A stretch of DNA of 53,323 nucleotides from a bacterium (GTDB lineage Bacteria; Desulfobacterota_D; UBA1144): the NCBI GenBank assembly GCA_002708105.2, contig PAOQ02000007.1:5426-58748 (forward strand), written 5' to 3'. Shown here in pieces: positions 44,128 through 52,893 of this stretch. The notes below the pieces were generated by a model. That model ran no database searches, was not told the DNA's origin, and saw only the letters and a list, made by a program, of their open reading frames with translations. Position 1 is the first letter of the stretch. Each line of letters starts with the position of its first letter. Both the position numbers and the translations under genes were made by a program.

Positions 44128-44226
44128 TTAAATACCTAAAAAAATTAGTATAAACCCTAAAAGAATTATTAAAGATGAAATATATTTTTCACGAATTAAT
44201 AATATCAACTGCTTTATAAAGTTCAT
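44128..44226 (-). CDS. Small membrane protein, 32 aa (MNFIKQLILLIREKYISSLIILLGFILIFLGI)
   Basis: Hand translation; TGtTATTAT extended -10 is 7 nt upstream; stop is 1 nt before the pgsA ATG. Confidence 0.45.
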   Translation of the reverse strand: MNFIKQLILLIREKYISSLIILLGFILIFLGI

Positions 44227-44265
44227 ATATTTTATAATAACATTTATAAGATGACAAAATGAATC

Positions 44266-44379
44266 TTATTTGGTAAAAAGCTGAATTATTTTTTCTAAAA
44301 ATCCAAATATTTCCTTATAAAAATAAGCAAGAGGTATAGTAAAAAAAATAAAAAACAAGGTAAACCAAATTGGTCTCAT
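44266..44379 (-). CDS. Small membrane protein, 37 aa (MRPIWFTLFFIFFTIPLAYFYKEIFGFLEKIIQLFTK)
   Basis: Hand translation; TAAAAT 6 nt upstream of ATG; TM plus amphipathic helix. Confidence 0.45.
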   Translation of the reverse strand: MRPIWFTLFFIFFTIPLAYFYKEIFGFLEKIIQLFTK

Positions 44380-44508
44380 TTTTAGATTTTACAATGAAAA
44401 CTAAATTAATTATATATTTTAAAATAAAATAAATATTTTACTTGTGCCTTGGTGTTCTTTTTTATATAATTAGCAAATCATTAAATAAAGCCTTTAAGCG
44501 GAGATTAT

Positions 44509-45225
44509 ATGTTAAGGAATATCTTATTTGTACTTATAGTATTATTGTCACCAGCTCTATCATCTCATTCATATGAAGAAAAACCTTTAGTACTAGATAA
44601 ATCATATGTAAAGGTAGGATATGGAGTTGTTCATTTGCCAGATAATAATAATGTTTCCCAAGGAGTGGGGGATGGAGCAATTGATAATACTTTTCCTAAA
44701 GCTAAATATGATTTTAAATATGAGGCTGGATCGACCTTCTCAATAGCTGCTGGTAATAGATTTCAAAATTTCGCTTTTGAACTTTCTATTGACCAAATTG
44801 TATGCGACATAGATTCCATTACTTCAGATACAGCAATTAAAACAACTAGTGGAGATATAAGTTTGCGAACTATTATGATTAACGCTCTCTACTATCCTGA
44901 GTTTTTCAAGTTCGGTAAAACAAACTTTTATTTTGGGGCTGGAGTTGGAATTACTGAAAAGGTTGACCTTGATGAGTCAGGAATAACAGGGAGTAGGGCT
45001 AAGGCAGATACAGGTTTTAAGTCGTCAACAGACTTATTTAATCCAACCTATCAATTTATAATAGGTGGAGAGTATAATCTTAATGATTATGTATCCCTAT
45101 ATAGTGAGGTTAAGAATGTTAAAGTTAAATCTGTACACCTTGCTAGAGGATCAAGTAAAGAAACCTATGGGTCAATGGAGATGAATCCAATGACCGCTAC
45201 AATAGGTTTTAAATTTAGCTTTTAA
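44509..45225 (+). CDS. Outer-membrane 8-stranded beta-barrel (OmpW/opacity-like)
   Basis: Signal peptide, FYFGAGVG, YQF..G.EY, C-terminal IGFKFSF beta-signal; GGAG SD. Confidence 0.8.
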   Translation: MLRNILFVLIVLLSPALSSHSYEEKPLVLDKSYVKVGYGVVHLPDNNNVSQGVGDGAIDNTFPKAKYDFKYEAGSTFSIAAGNRFQNFAFELSIDQIVCDIDSITSDTAIKTTSGDISLRTIMINALYYPEFFKFGKTNFYFGAGVGITEKVDLDESGITGSRAKADTGFKSSTDLFNPTYQFIIGGEYNLNDYVSLYSEVKNVKVKSVHLARGSSKETYGSMEMNPMTATIGFKFSF

Positions 45226-45230
45226 CAAAA

Positions 45231-45686
45231 TTACTTTATTGTCACTGATCCGTTCATTACACCCCAATGACCAAGAAAACTACACCAAAACATATATTCG
45301 CCACCTTTAGTAAACTTAGAAGGGCTTACTACAAGTGAGATTGTTTCGTTTGGCCCTAGAAACTTTGTTTTATAAATAACTTTATTGTCTTTGGGCAAAT
45401 ATCCAGCCTCTATTCCATGTGAAGGGCTGACTATTGATGTTAAATAATTAAAATCAGATTTTTTTGAAATAACAACATTATGACCAGCAAGGTTAACGTC
45501 CAACTGACCAGTATTTGTTAGATTAATCTTAAATTTGCTACAGCTTGAATCAATAGTTATATCAGCAGTGCTATACTGCATCATACCGTTAGCTTCAAGA
45601 TCGATTTCACATCCTTCATGATGACCAGCATAAGAAAAGGTTGAAAACGATAGCAAAAATATTAGAAATAAAGTAAGGTTTTTCAT
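45231..45686 (-). CDS. azu: Azurin (type 1 blue copper protein)
   Basis: Signal peptide, disulfide Cys pair, GHNVV His ligand, WCSFLGHWGVM Cys/His/Met ligands. Confidence 0.92.
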   Translation of the reverse strand: MKNLTLFLIFLLSFSTFSYAGHHEGCEIDLEANGMMQYSTADITIDSSCSKFKINLTNTGQLDVNLAGHNVVISKKSDFNYLTSIVSPSHGIEAGYLPKDNKVIYKTKFLGPNETISLVVSPSKFTKGGEYMFWCSFLGHWGVMNGSVTIK

Positions 45687-45787
45687 GAGATTCTCCTTGA
45701 AAGCGAAATTTTATACCTTTTATTTTACTTGAAAAGGGAGTTTTTACTACTTTGTCGAACTTTTAAGTAAAAAAAGGACAATAAACC

Positions 45788-45815
45788 TTGACAATGTATA
45801 TTAATTATTTACATT
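45788..45815 (+). promoter_or_regulatory. Sigma70-like promoter overlapped by inverted repeat AATGTA-N11-TACATT
   Basis: TTGACA at 45788-45793 and TACATT at 45810-45815; dyad spans 45793-45815. Confidence 0.5.
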
Positions 45816-45844
45816 AATAACAAATGCTAAAAGGTGGTTAGATT

Positions 45845-45991
45845 ATGAAAAGACAAAAACAAAGTTCAAAAGCTGAATACTTAGCGAAGTACGATAAAGC
45901 TATGCAGCCTATCGGATCATTAGGAAATGCTGTTGTTGCTTACGCTTTGTTGGTAGTATGCTTCATAGGGATTCTGGTAATTAACTTATAG
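45845..45991 (+). CDS. Small tail-anchored membrane protein, 48 aa
   Basis: MKRQKQSSKAEYLAKYDKAMQPIGSLGNAVVAYALLVVCFIGILVINL; AAGGTGG SD and promoter upstream. Confidence 0.7.
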   Translation: MKRQKQSSKAEYLAKYDKAMQPIGSLGNAVVAYALLVVCFIGILVINL

Positions 45992-46088
45992 ATTTTTTTT
46001 TAAAATTCTATACTTGTTTTTTATATTTTTTAAGTATATTTTATATATGGACGTTAGATGTCCACATTAATTATACGAGGTGTAGGAA

Positions 46089-46592
46089 ATGAAAATTGGT
46101 TTGTTTTATGGAACAACAAGTGCAGCAACTGAAGAAGTTGCTAATTTAATACAAGAATCTTTAGATGGGTGTGAAGTTGAACTTTTTGATATTTACAAGG
46201 AACCTCTAGAAAAAATTAGCGAGTTTGATAACATCATTATCGGGTGTCCGACTTGGGATATTGGATTACTCCAGGAAGACTGGAGATCTAAATTTGACGA
46301 CTTAGATAATTTGGATTTCTCTAACAAGAAAGTAGCTTATTTTGGTTGTGGCGATCAGCATGTTTATTCTGGAACTTTTCTGGATGCCTTGGGTACTTTA
46401 GAAGAAAAAATAACAGCAAAGGGTGGAACTACAATTGGTTTGTGGCCTGTTGAGGGATACAGTTTTGATTACTCAAAAGCACAAAAGGATGATAAATTTG
46501 TTGGACTTGGAATAGATAATGATAATGAGCCTGAGCTTACTGAAGAAAGAGTAGAGACTTGGTGCAAACAAATTCAATCAGAATTTGCTTAA
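46089..46592 (+). CDS. fldA: Long-chain flavodoxin
   Basis: IGLFYGTTSAAT FMN loop, GCPTWDIG, FGCGDQ..Y..F.DA, FVGL.ID. Confidence 0.93.
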   Translation: MKIGLFYGTTSAATEEVANLIQESLDGCEVELFDIYKEPLEKISEFDNIIIGCPTWDIGLLQEDWRSKFDDLDNLDFSNKKVAYFGCGDQHVYSGTFLDALGTLEEKITAKGGTTIGLWPVEGYSFDYSKAQKDDKFVGLGIDNDNEPELTEERVETWCKQIQSEFA

Positions 46593-46605
46593 ATATTAAA
46601 CTATA

Positions 46606-46681
46606 CACAATCGAGTCATTAGGACATTTATCCTTACTGCAACAAAAACCATTCAGCAAATGTTCTTATGACTCTTCTGTG
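46606..46681. other. Long intergenic stem-loop between convergent fldA and the MPGP-like gene
   Basis: GAGTCATTAGGACATTT (46613-46629) pairs with AAATGTTCTTATGACTC (46658-46674), one mismatch and one G-U; 28-nt loop; outer CACA/TGTG. Confidence 0.6.
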
Positions 46682-46694
46682 AACTCTAAATTTC

Positions 46695-47540
46695 TTACTT
46701 AATAATTTCCCTTATTATGTCGATTTCTTCTAATGATTCCCTCCAGCCTATGGGAGCAACGTTCTTTGAATTAAAGACATTTACTGTTCTTTTGAGAGTA
46801 ATATTTTTTTTATCTGGAAGTCTTACTACAACTGCATAATCAGATATCTCCATCATTGATATATCGTTCTCGCTATCTCCACAAGCAATTGTAACAATTT
46901 CGTCAGAGTTATTAAAATAATTTAAGATATTAAGGAATTGTAGTAATTCTTTTAATGCATCTCCTTTAGTATTTAATCCAGTTAGGTGTAACAATCTTGC
47001 ACCCGTATTTAGATCCATACTTTCTTCATTTAATTCTTTTTTAAAGTTAATTAATTCTTTATTTGTACCCATCCAGATTAACGGCTCACTAAAGTTTCTT
47101 TCTAAAGTAACATCTAATGCGTCAGACTTAAGACCTGTATAATAAGCTTGTTGTAATTTTGTCATATTTTTTAAAAAAAGTACGTATTTAAGGTATTTCT
47201 TAAAAGTATTACTTCTGATTTTCTTAGATATTTCATCTCTTGGTGTACCTAAAACTATTTCCCAATAGTTATCTTTTTCTGTTGAATTGGCAGGTCTTTT
47301 TAAGAAAGTCTTTTTTGGAAAATAAATTGCTGAACCATTTTCAACAATAAAAGGCGAGATAAGATTTAACCCATTGTTTATTTGGATTATCTCTTGATAG
47401 CATTTACTAGAGCATAAAACAATCTCAACTCCCTTGGAGGTTAGAGTATTAATAAAAGGCAAGATGCTCTTATATTCAAAGTTTTTAAAATTTAAGAGAG
47501 TTCCATCTAAATCTGTAATAATAAGTATATTTTTTGCCAT
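46695..47540 (-). CDS. HAD-IIB mannosyl-/glucosyl-3-phosphoglycerate phosphatase-like (MpgP/YedP)
   Basis: TDLDGTLL, SSK, PFIVENGS, R.FSEP, KG.A, GDSENDISM; start moved to the ATG at 47540. Confidence 0.85.
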   Translation of the reverse strand: MAKNILIITDLDGTLLNFKNFEYKSILPFINTLTSKGVEIVLCSSKCYQEIIQINNGLNLISPFIVENGSAIYFPKKTFLKRPANSTEKDNYWEIVLGTPRDEISKKIRSNTFKKYLKYVLFLKNMTKLQQAYYTGLKSDALDVTLERNFSEPLIWMGTNKELINFKKELNEESMDLNTGARLLHLTGLNTKGDALKELLQFLNILNYFNNSDEIVTIACGDSENDISMMEISDYAVVVRLPDKKNITLKRTVNVFNSKNVAPIGWRESLEEIDIIREIIK

Positions 47541-47687
47541 AAATTTTATTTTAAGTATATAATATACCAAATTTCTTAATATTCTAAGATGGAGGGACAA
47601 TCTTATTAAGATTTTATATTTAATTTTCTTTATAATCCTATATCTAATCATTTCGTATGGTGAAGATTGGGTTGAGGGCCTTAAATA

Positions 47688-48113
47688 ATGTTTTATATTA
47701 TTAAATCAAAAATATTCATACTATTTGTTTCTTTTTTTCTATTCCACCCCCTTACTTCACTTTCTCATGACGATCATGGAAAAATGGTTGAAGCGATTAA
47801 ACCATACCCAGAAATCAAAGTAGATCTTATTAACCTCTATTCGCCAGATTTTAAGCTAGAATTTAACATTAAAAATTTTAAGCTAATTGCTCTTGAAGAG
47901 AACTCAAATCGAAATAAAAACGAGGGACATATTCTTATTCTAGTAAACAATAAGAAGAAGATTATGGTGACAGATGATACTTTTGTTTTAAAGAGAAGCT
48001 TGTTAAAAAAGGGGAAGAATGAAATTTTTGTAATGTTGATGGATTCACATCATTCTTTGTATACAAAAGAAGGAAGTATAATTTACGTATCTAAAAGGAT
48101 TTATAATAAATAG
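47688..48113 (+). CDS. Exported hypothetical protein, possibly metal-binding
   Basis: Signal-like N-terminus followed by SHDDHG; EGH and DSHH motifs. Confidence 0.65.
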   Translation: MFYIIKSKIFILFVSFFLFHPLTSLSHDDHGKMVEAIKPYPEIKVDLINLYSPDFKLEFNIKNFKLIALEENSNRNKNEGHILILVNNKKKIMVTDDTFVLKRSLLKKGKNEIFVMLMDSHHSLYTKEGSIIYVSKRIYNK

Positions 48114-49082
48114 CTAAAAATATAATATTAAACTTAAAATCGATATAGAAACTATCCAAAAAAGAATAAAATATTTAAGGCTCCCTTTTGCTGTATCTCT
48201 TTCTTTTAAAGTCCTAGCCTTAATTCCTTGAGAAATAAAAACAATATTACCTGCAAGTTGAACGCAGATTGTATTTATCACTAAAAGCATCAGTGACCCA
48301 AATGCTAAATTGTATTCACCATTAGCCATGAGAATTGAAAATGATGCAGCTGGTGGGAGTAGGGCAACAGAAACCATAACGCCAACTAAAGCTGCTGAGA
48401 TTCCTGTAGTCATAGAAAGCGCTGCAGCTGCGCCAGATGCTAAAGCAAGTACTATATCGCCCATTCCAATATTAGTCCTTGATATAATTTCATTGCTTTG
48501 ATAATTTAAATTAGAAAATGATGAGATTATGTACCCAAATGTTATAGAAATTAGAATTCCAATTATTATAGAATTTAATGATTTTAAAATAAGATTTCTA
48601 TTCCCGATTGATGCCGCAAATGAAAGAGCAATATTCGGACCAAGCAATGGAGCTATTACCATTGCTCCTACAACTACAGCAACGTTATCTTCAGATAATC
48701 CAATTGTTACAACTATAGTTGAAAAAATTACCATTAAAATAAAATTTAAATTTAAATCTACGCCCTTAACAACGTTTTCATACAACTCCTCTCTTGTAGT
48801 TTTTTGATCAATCTTTGACTTTTCATGCTTATTTTCTTGTAGTCTAGGTATTGAGGCATCTACAGGCAGTACTAAAATCTTTGCATTTTTATCAGATTCA
48901 AAAAGTGTTTGCAGGCTATCTAGAACAGATTGTCTTGAATCATTAGTTACAACCATAGTGAAAACTTGACGACCATCTTCTAGTTCCGATGACCACCAGT
49001 AATCTACAACACCTTGTTTTTCAGCAATAGTTATGAGTGTCCTTTTATATTTTGAATGAGCAATAATCTCGCATATTCGCAT
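48114..49082 (-). CDS. TIGR00341/DUF389 family membrane protein
   Basis: N-terminal soluble domain, VGAMVIAPLLGP, ALASG.AAA, GVMVSVALLPP. Confidence 0.85.
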   Translation of the reverse strand: MRICEIIAHSKYKRTLITIAEKQGVVDYWWSSELEDGRQVFTMVVTNDSRQSVLDSLQTLFESDKNAKILVLPVDASIPRLQENKHEKSKIDQKTTREELYENVVKGVDLNLNFILMVIFSTIVVTIGLSEDNVAVVVGAMVIAPLLGPNIALSFAASIGNRNLILKSLNSIIIGILISITFGYIISSFSNLNYQSNEIISRTNIGMGDIVLALASGAAAALSMTTGISAALVGVMVSVALLPPAASFSILMANGEYNLAFGSLMLLVINTICVQLAGNIVFISQGIKARTLKERDTAKGSLKYFILFWIVSISILSLILYF

Positions 49083-49124
49083 TTTTTAACTTTATCATGA
49101 AAGCAGTATGTTTTGATAGTTAAA

Positions 49125-50819
49125 TTAGTCTTTATTTTTTATTTCAGGGGCAATTACATAAATATTGTCTAAAACTAACTTTAAATTTTTATTGCTACAT
49201 CTAGATGCGTTGTCCCAAACTTTTTTGTTTGTAAATATATATAGAGAGTCACTATCAAAATGACAATTTTGAATATTTTTTTCCAACCTTTTTTTCATTT
49301 CAATTAAAGAGGTCTTCTTGATTCGAGCTAAATATCCTCCATTAACGCTAAGTCCTTCGGAGAGTGCAAATAGGGTTATTTTCTTTGAATTTTTTCCAGG
49401 CATTATTTCTGGATAAATCAATTTTATTTTTTTATACGATTTCCCTAAAAGAGCCCATTTTGGATCTTTTAGCATTTGTTGCCAAGTAGAACCATCATAA
49501 TCCAATTTGAAAGACTTTATTTCCCTTGTTTTCTTGTAAATGTTAGAGGAATCAAAAAAACCAAAGATTACAATAAGAGCTAGTATCGGCAGGCCTTTTT
49601 TCTTCTTTATAAAAGAGCAGAATAAGTAGAATGAAAAGAAAGCCAATATATAATATACAGGCCAAAAAAATCTCCCAGATGATCGAAAAACCCCAAAGAA
49701 GTCTTTTATTGAGCCTGGTAACGGATAAGAGAATAAGAGTGAGTCATTAAAAATAATTTTATTTGATAAGGAATAAAGAATAAAAATTAAACATACGGCC
49801 ACTATAGGCAAGTAATCTATTCTTGGTATAGAGATTACTTGTTTCTTAAAAAATAACGCGATTGTGATCAATATAAGGATTATTGGGAGCCCTATAAAGT
49901 TAAATCCTTCGTAGTCTCCAGATCCAGTAAAAAAAGACGTATCTGGTAAATCTGGTATAACTTTTGAAAAAATATAGGTGTCTTTTTGAAAGTTATCTAT
50001 AAAGACTGATGGGTCGACTATTGAATTAAGGTTCATTCTAAAATGACCGTAACCTTTATAGAAAAAGTAGGTGTCCTCACTTGTTTCAATTCCCAACAAT
50101 GGAAAAATACTCAATATTATTAAAACTGTTAGACTTAAGAATTTTAAGGCTGAAATAGTAGAGATGTTCTTTTTAACTTTATTCTTTACAAGGTCTGCTA
50201 TGAAGATTGGTAGTATCATGGCAAAAAGATATGCCATGGTTAAGATTGATACGACTATCAGTATCAACCAGTGCTTATAAGAAAACCCCTCTCTTATATA
50301 AAGGTATAAAGCGGCAATAATAATCCAATTAGCGAATAGACCAACATGGTTAATTATTAAATTGAATGGAAGTAGTGGAGTAAGAAGTATTACAAATAGG
50401 AACAATGCTTGCATATATTTGTCGTCGGTTATTCTCTCAATTATTTTTAGTGAAAAGTAAGATTGAAGAAATAAACAGGTAAGGTGCCAAATTCCATAGT
50501 ATTGAAATGGAAAAGATAATAGGGTGTCAAAGGGTTTAAATAATAGTGCAAAAAGAGGTACTGATCCTGAGTATATGAGGGAGATATTTAGTTCTTCCCC
50601 ATAGAAGTAGTTATCAAGCAAAGGAAATTGGATTAAGTCGGTCCATCTAAAGAATTCCCAGCCAAACCATGAGATAGATGCATCATCATTTCCAACAAAG
50701 AATATCCAATCTATATTTTTAGGGTTTATATAGTTTATTGAAAAACCGGTCATGTAACAAAAGAAAAAGATTGATACGCCCATTATAAAAAAGGGTCTTT
50801 TTATTAGACTAAATTTCAT
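49125..50819 (-). CDS. Multi-pass membrane protein (DUF6311-like; possibly GT-C glycosyltransferase-related)
   Basis: More than 10 TM segments; GWEFFR..QFPL, FQYYG.W, YEGFNFIG, FRSSGRFFWP. Confidence 0.7.
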   Translation of the reverse strand: MKFSLIKRPFFIMGVSIFFFCYMTGFSINYINPKNIDWIFFVGNDDASISWFGWEFFRWTDLIQFPLLDNYFYGEELNISLIYSGSVPLFALLFKPFDTLLSFPFQYYGIWHLTCLFLQSYFSLKIIERITDDKYMQALFLFVILLTPLLPFNLIINHVGLFANWIIIAALYLYIREGFSYKHWLILIVVSILTMAYLFAMILPIFIADLVKNKVKKNISTISALKFLSLTVLIILSIFPLLGIETSEDTYFFYKGYGHFRMNLNSIVDPSVFIDNFQKDTYIFSKVIPDLPDTSFFTGSGDYEGFNFIGLPIILILITIALFFKKQVISIPRIDYLPIVAVCLIFILYSLSNKIIFNDSLLFSYPLPGSIKDFFGVFRSSGRFFWPVYYILAFFSFYLFCSFIKKKKGLPILALIVIFGFFDSSNIYKKTREIKSFKLDYDGSTWQQMLKDPKWALLGKSYKKIKLIYPEIMPGKNSKKITLFALSEGLSVNGGYLARIKKTSLIEMKKRLEKNIQNCHFDSDSLYIFTNKKVWDNASRCSNKNLKLVLDNIYVIAPEIKNKD

Positions 50820-50975
50820 GGATTAATGATATCACAACTTAAAATAATCTTCTTATTAGACTATATTCCTACAACTTAGCTGACTTACTTTATTCTCGAT
50901 ATTCAGAAAAAATAGAATAGTTTTAAAATAATTATTAAAAAATAGTTGTAATTTAGGGTAGTTAAGTATTTAAAA

Positions 50976-51656
50976 TTAAACTAGTTTTATAACTTTTTTA
51001 AATAAAGAGACCATCATATCTTTATTTAGCCTACCTGTATTAACATTTCTTGGACTAGGATGATAGCATGAAACAAGAATCTTGTTGTCCGGTAGTTTTA
51101 TCAAAGATCCATGTGAAAAGGCTGGTTTTTTTTCAAATTTTCCATAAGCATCTATGTAATATCTTACTGTTGCATCGAAAGCAACTTTTCCCAAGGTAAT
51201 TATAATTTTAGATTTTACTAATAAACTTAGTTCTGTTTTAAAATAGCTGGAGCATGTTTTTAACTCATTGCTTGTTGGTTTGTCACCTGGTGGAACACAC
51301 TTTAATGCTGTAGTTATGTAGGAATTTCTAAGCTTTAATCCATCGTCTGCACTTATTGAATAAGGCTGATTACTAAGTTCTGCTTCATATAAGCACTCAT
51401 ACAGAAATTGGGATGATTTGTCTCCAGTGAAAACTCTACCTGTTCTGGTCCCACCATGTGCAGCTGGAGCAAGTCCTACAATTAAGATTTTAGCATTATT
51501 ATCACCAAAACCAGTTATTGGTTTCCCCCAATATTCCTCATTGATATACTCTTTTCTTTTGATTTTAGAGATTTTCTCTCTAAATACTACCAATCTATCG
51601 CAAAGGCTACATCCAACAATTTCTTTATTTAAACTTTTGATGGTTTCTAGATTCAT
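50976..51656 (-). CDS. Uracil-DNA glycosylase family 5 (UdgB-like, Fe-S)
   Basis: CxxC..L, GLAPAAHGGTRTGRVFTGD, KCVPP.DKP..E...C, YHPSPRNVNTG. Confidence 0.92.
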   Translation of the reverse strand: MNLETIKSLNKEIVGCSLCDRLVVFREKISKIKRKEYINEEYWGKPITGFGDNNAKILIVGLAPAAHGGTRTGRVFTGDKSSQFLYECLYEAELSNQPYSISADDGLKLRNSYITTALKCVPPGDKPTSNELKTCSSYFKTELSLLVKSKIIITLGKVAFDATVRYYIDAYGKFEKKPAFSHGSLIKLPDNKILVSCYHPSPRNVNTGRLNKDMMVSLFKKVIKLV

Positions 51657-51658
51657 TA

Positions 51659-51976
51659 TTAATTTGCCTTAAATTTTAACCTGTATTCTTTTCCATCAAA
51701 TTTCTCAAAAATATGCTGAACCATTGAATGGTTTATGGGTTCAGGATTTATGACTTCTTCAATATTTCTTTCAGCCACATAAGTAGTTTTCTCATCGTCT
51801 GAAACTAAAACATGACACCAAGGCTTATCTTTGGGGGGCTTTGTTTCGGCAACTTTTTCATACCACTCATCTGTACCTTCATATGATGGGTCAATATCAA
51901 AAATTACTCCAGTATAATTAAAAATTTTATGTCGTATTATCTGACCAATTTTAAATTTTGTTTTAATTTCTTCCAT
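51659..51976 (-). CDS. hspQ: HspQ/YccV-like protein
   Basis: KF.IGQII.H..F.Y.GVI.D.DP, P.KD.PW.HVLV, TYVAERN. Confidence 0.88.
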   Translation of the reverse strand: MEEIKTKFKIGQIIRHKIFNYTGVIFDIDPSYEGTDEWYEKVAETKPPKDKPWCHVLVSDDEKTTYVAERNIEEVINPEPINHSMVQHIFEKFDGKEYRLKFKAN

Positions 51977-52005
51977 ATAAAAATTTTACCTTAAAAACTT
52001 GATTT

Positions 52006-52857
52006 TTGTATTCAAAAGAGTACAAATATCTTAAAGAGTTTTTTATGATCTCTATAAATAGAAATAATAAGGGTTTATTAACTGAAGCTAAAGGAACAAG
52101 GGTTACAAAGTCATCTTTATATTCAATGGATGCTGATTTTGAGCTAAGTAGAAGTAAGATAAATGATTTTTTATTATGTAAAAGATGTTTCTATCTAGAT
52201 AGAGTGCTTGGTGTAAAAGTGCCAGATATGCCTGGCTGGACTTTAAATAGCACAGTTGACGAACTATTAAAACGCGAATTTGATAAATGTAGAATATCCC
52301 AAGAACCACATAGATTAATGCTAGAGAATGACTTGTCCCATATTGTTCCATTTAAGCACGAAGATATGGATAAATGGAGGGATGCACTGAGGGGTGGTAT
52401 AAAATATAGATATAAAACATCCAATTTAATTTTAAAGGGCGGGGTAGACGATATATGGTTTGATTCCATAACTGAAGAAATAATAATAGTAGACTATAAG
52501 TCCCAAGCTAGCTTTAACAAGGTTAATACTGAAGATTATCTTTCAAATCCTTTTCATGAAGCCTACAAGATCCAAATGGATATATATGCATACTTATTTA
52601 CAATGAATGGATTTAAAGTAAGTGATATAACGTATTTCTATGTAGCTAATTGTAGAAAAGACCTAAAAGGATTTAATTCTAAACTTATATTCGATGAAAC
52701 TTTAGTTCCTTATAAACATAGAATTCACTGGATCGATGGAAAAATAGATGAAATGATTAATGTTTTAAATTCAAAAGATCTTCCAAAATTTAATCCTTTT
52801 TGTCAGAATTGTGCCTGTTCGAGGGCTAGGGCTGAGTTTGAATATTCTAAAACTTAA
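52006..52857 (+). CDS. PD-(D/E)XK (RecB/Cas4-like) nuclease; start may be the ATG at 52045 or later
   Basis: LSRSKI..F..CKRCFY, GGVDD, IVDYK, QMDIY, C-terminal CxxC. Confidence 0.85.
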   Translation: MYSKEYKYLKEFFMISINRNNKGLLTEAKGTRVTKSSLYSMDADFELSRSKINDFLLCKRCFYLDRVLGVKVPDMPGWTLNSTVDELLKREFDKCRISQEPHRLMLENDLSHIVPFKHEDMDKWRDALRGGIKYRYKTSNLILKGGVDDIWFDSITEEIIIVDYKSQASFNKVNTEDYLSNPFHEAYKIQMDIYAYLFTMNGFKVSDITYFYVANCRKDLKGFNSKLIFDETLVPYKHRIHWIDGKIDEMINVLNSKDLPKFNPFCQNCACSRARAEFEYSKT

Positions 52858-52893
52858 CTAGGTAATTTTTATATATTTTGATATATTATTAAA

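Noticed and set aside
46606-46681. Hairpin as SRP RNA, 6S RNA or intrinsic terminator
   Set aside because: It lacks the SRP helix-8 GNRA/AGCAG motif, is too short for 6S, and has a large loop with no U-tract.
47541-47651. N-terminal 37-aa extension of the MPGP-like ORF
   Set aside because: HAD motif I begins just after the ATG at 47540; the extension is K/I-rich translation of AT-rich intergenic DNA.
1687-52469. Numerous 60-130 aa antisense or alternate-frame ORFs (e.g. 1687-1986, 3519-3914, 8486-8821, 24564-24881, 27673-27966, 52191-52469)
   Set aside because: They lie within or almost entirely overlap well-supported genes and show no motifs; shadow ORFs.
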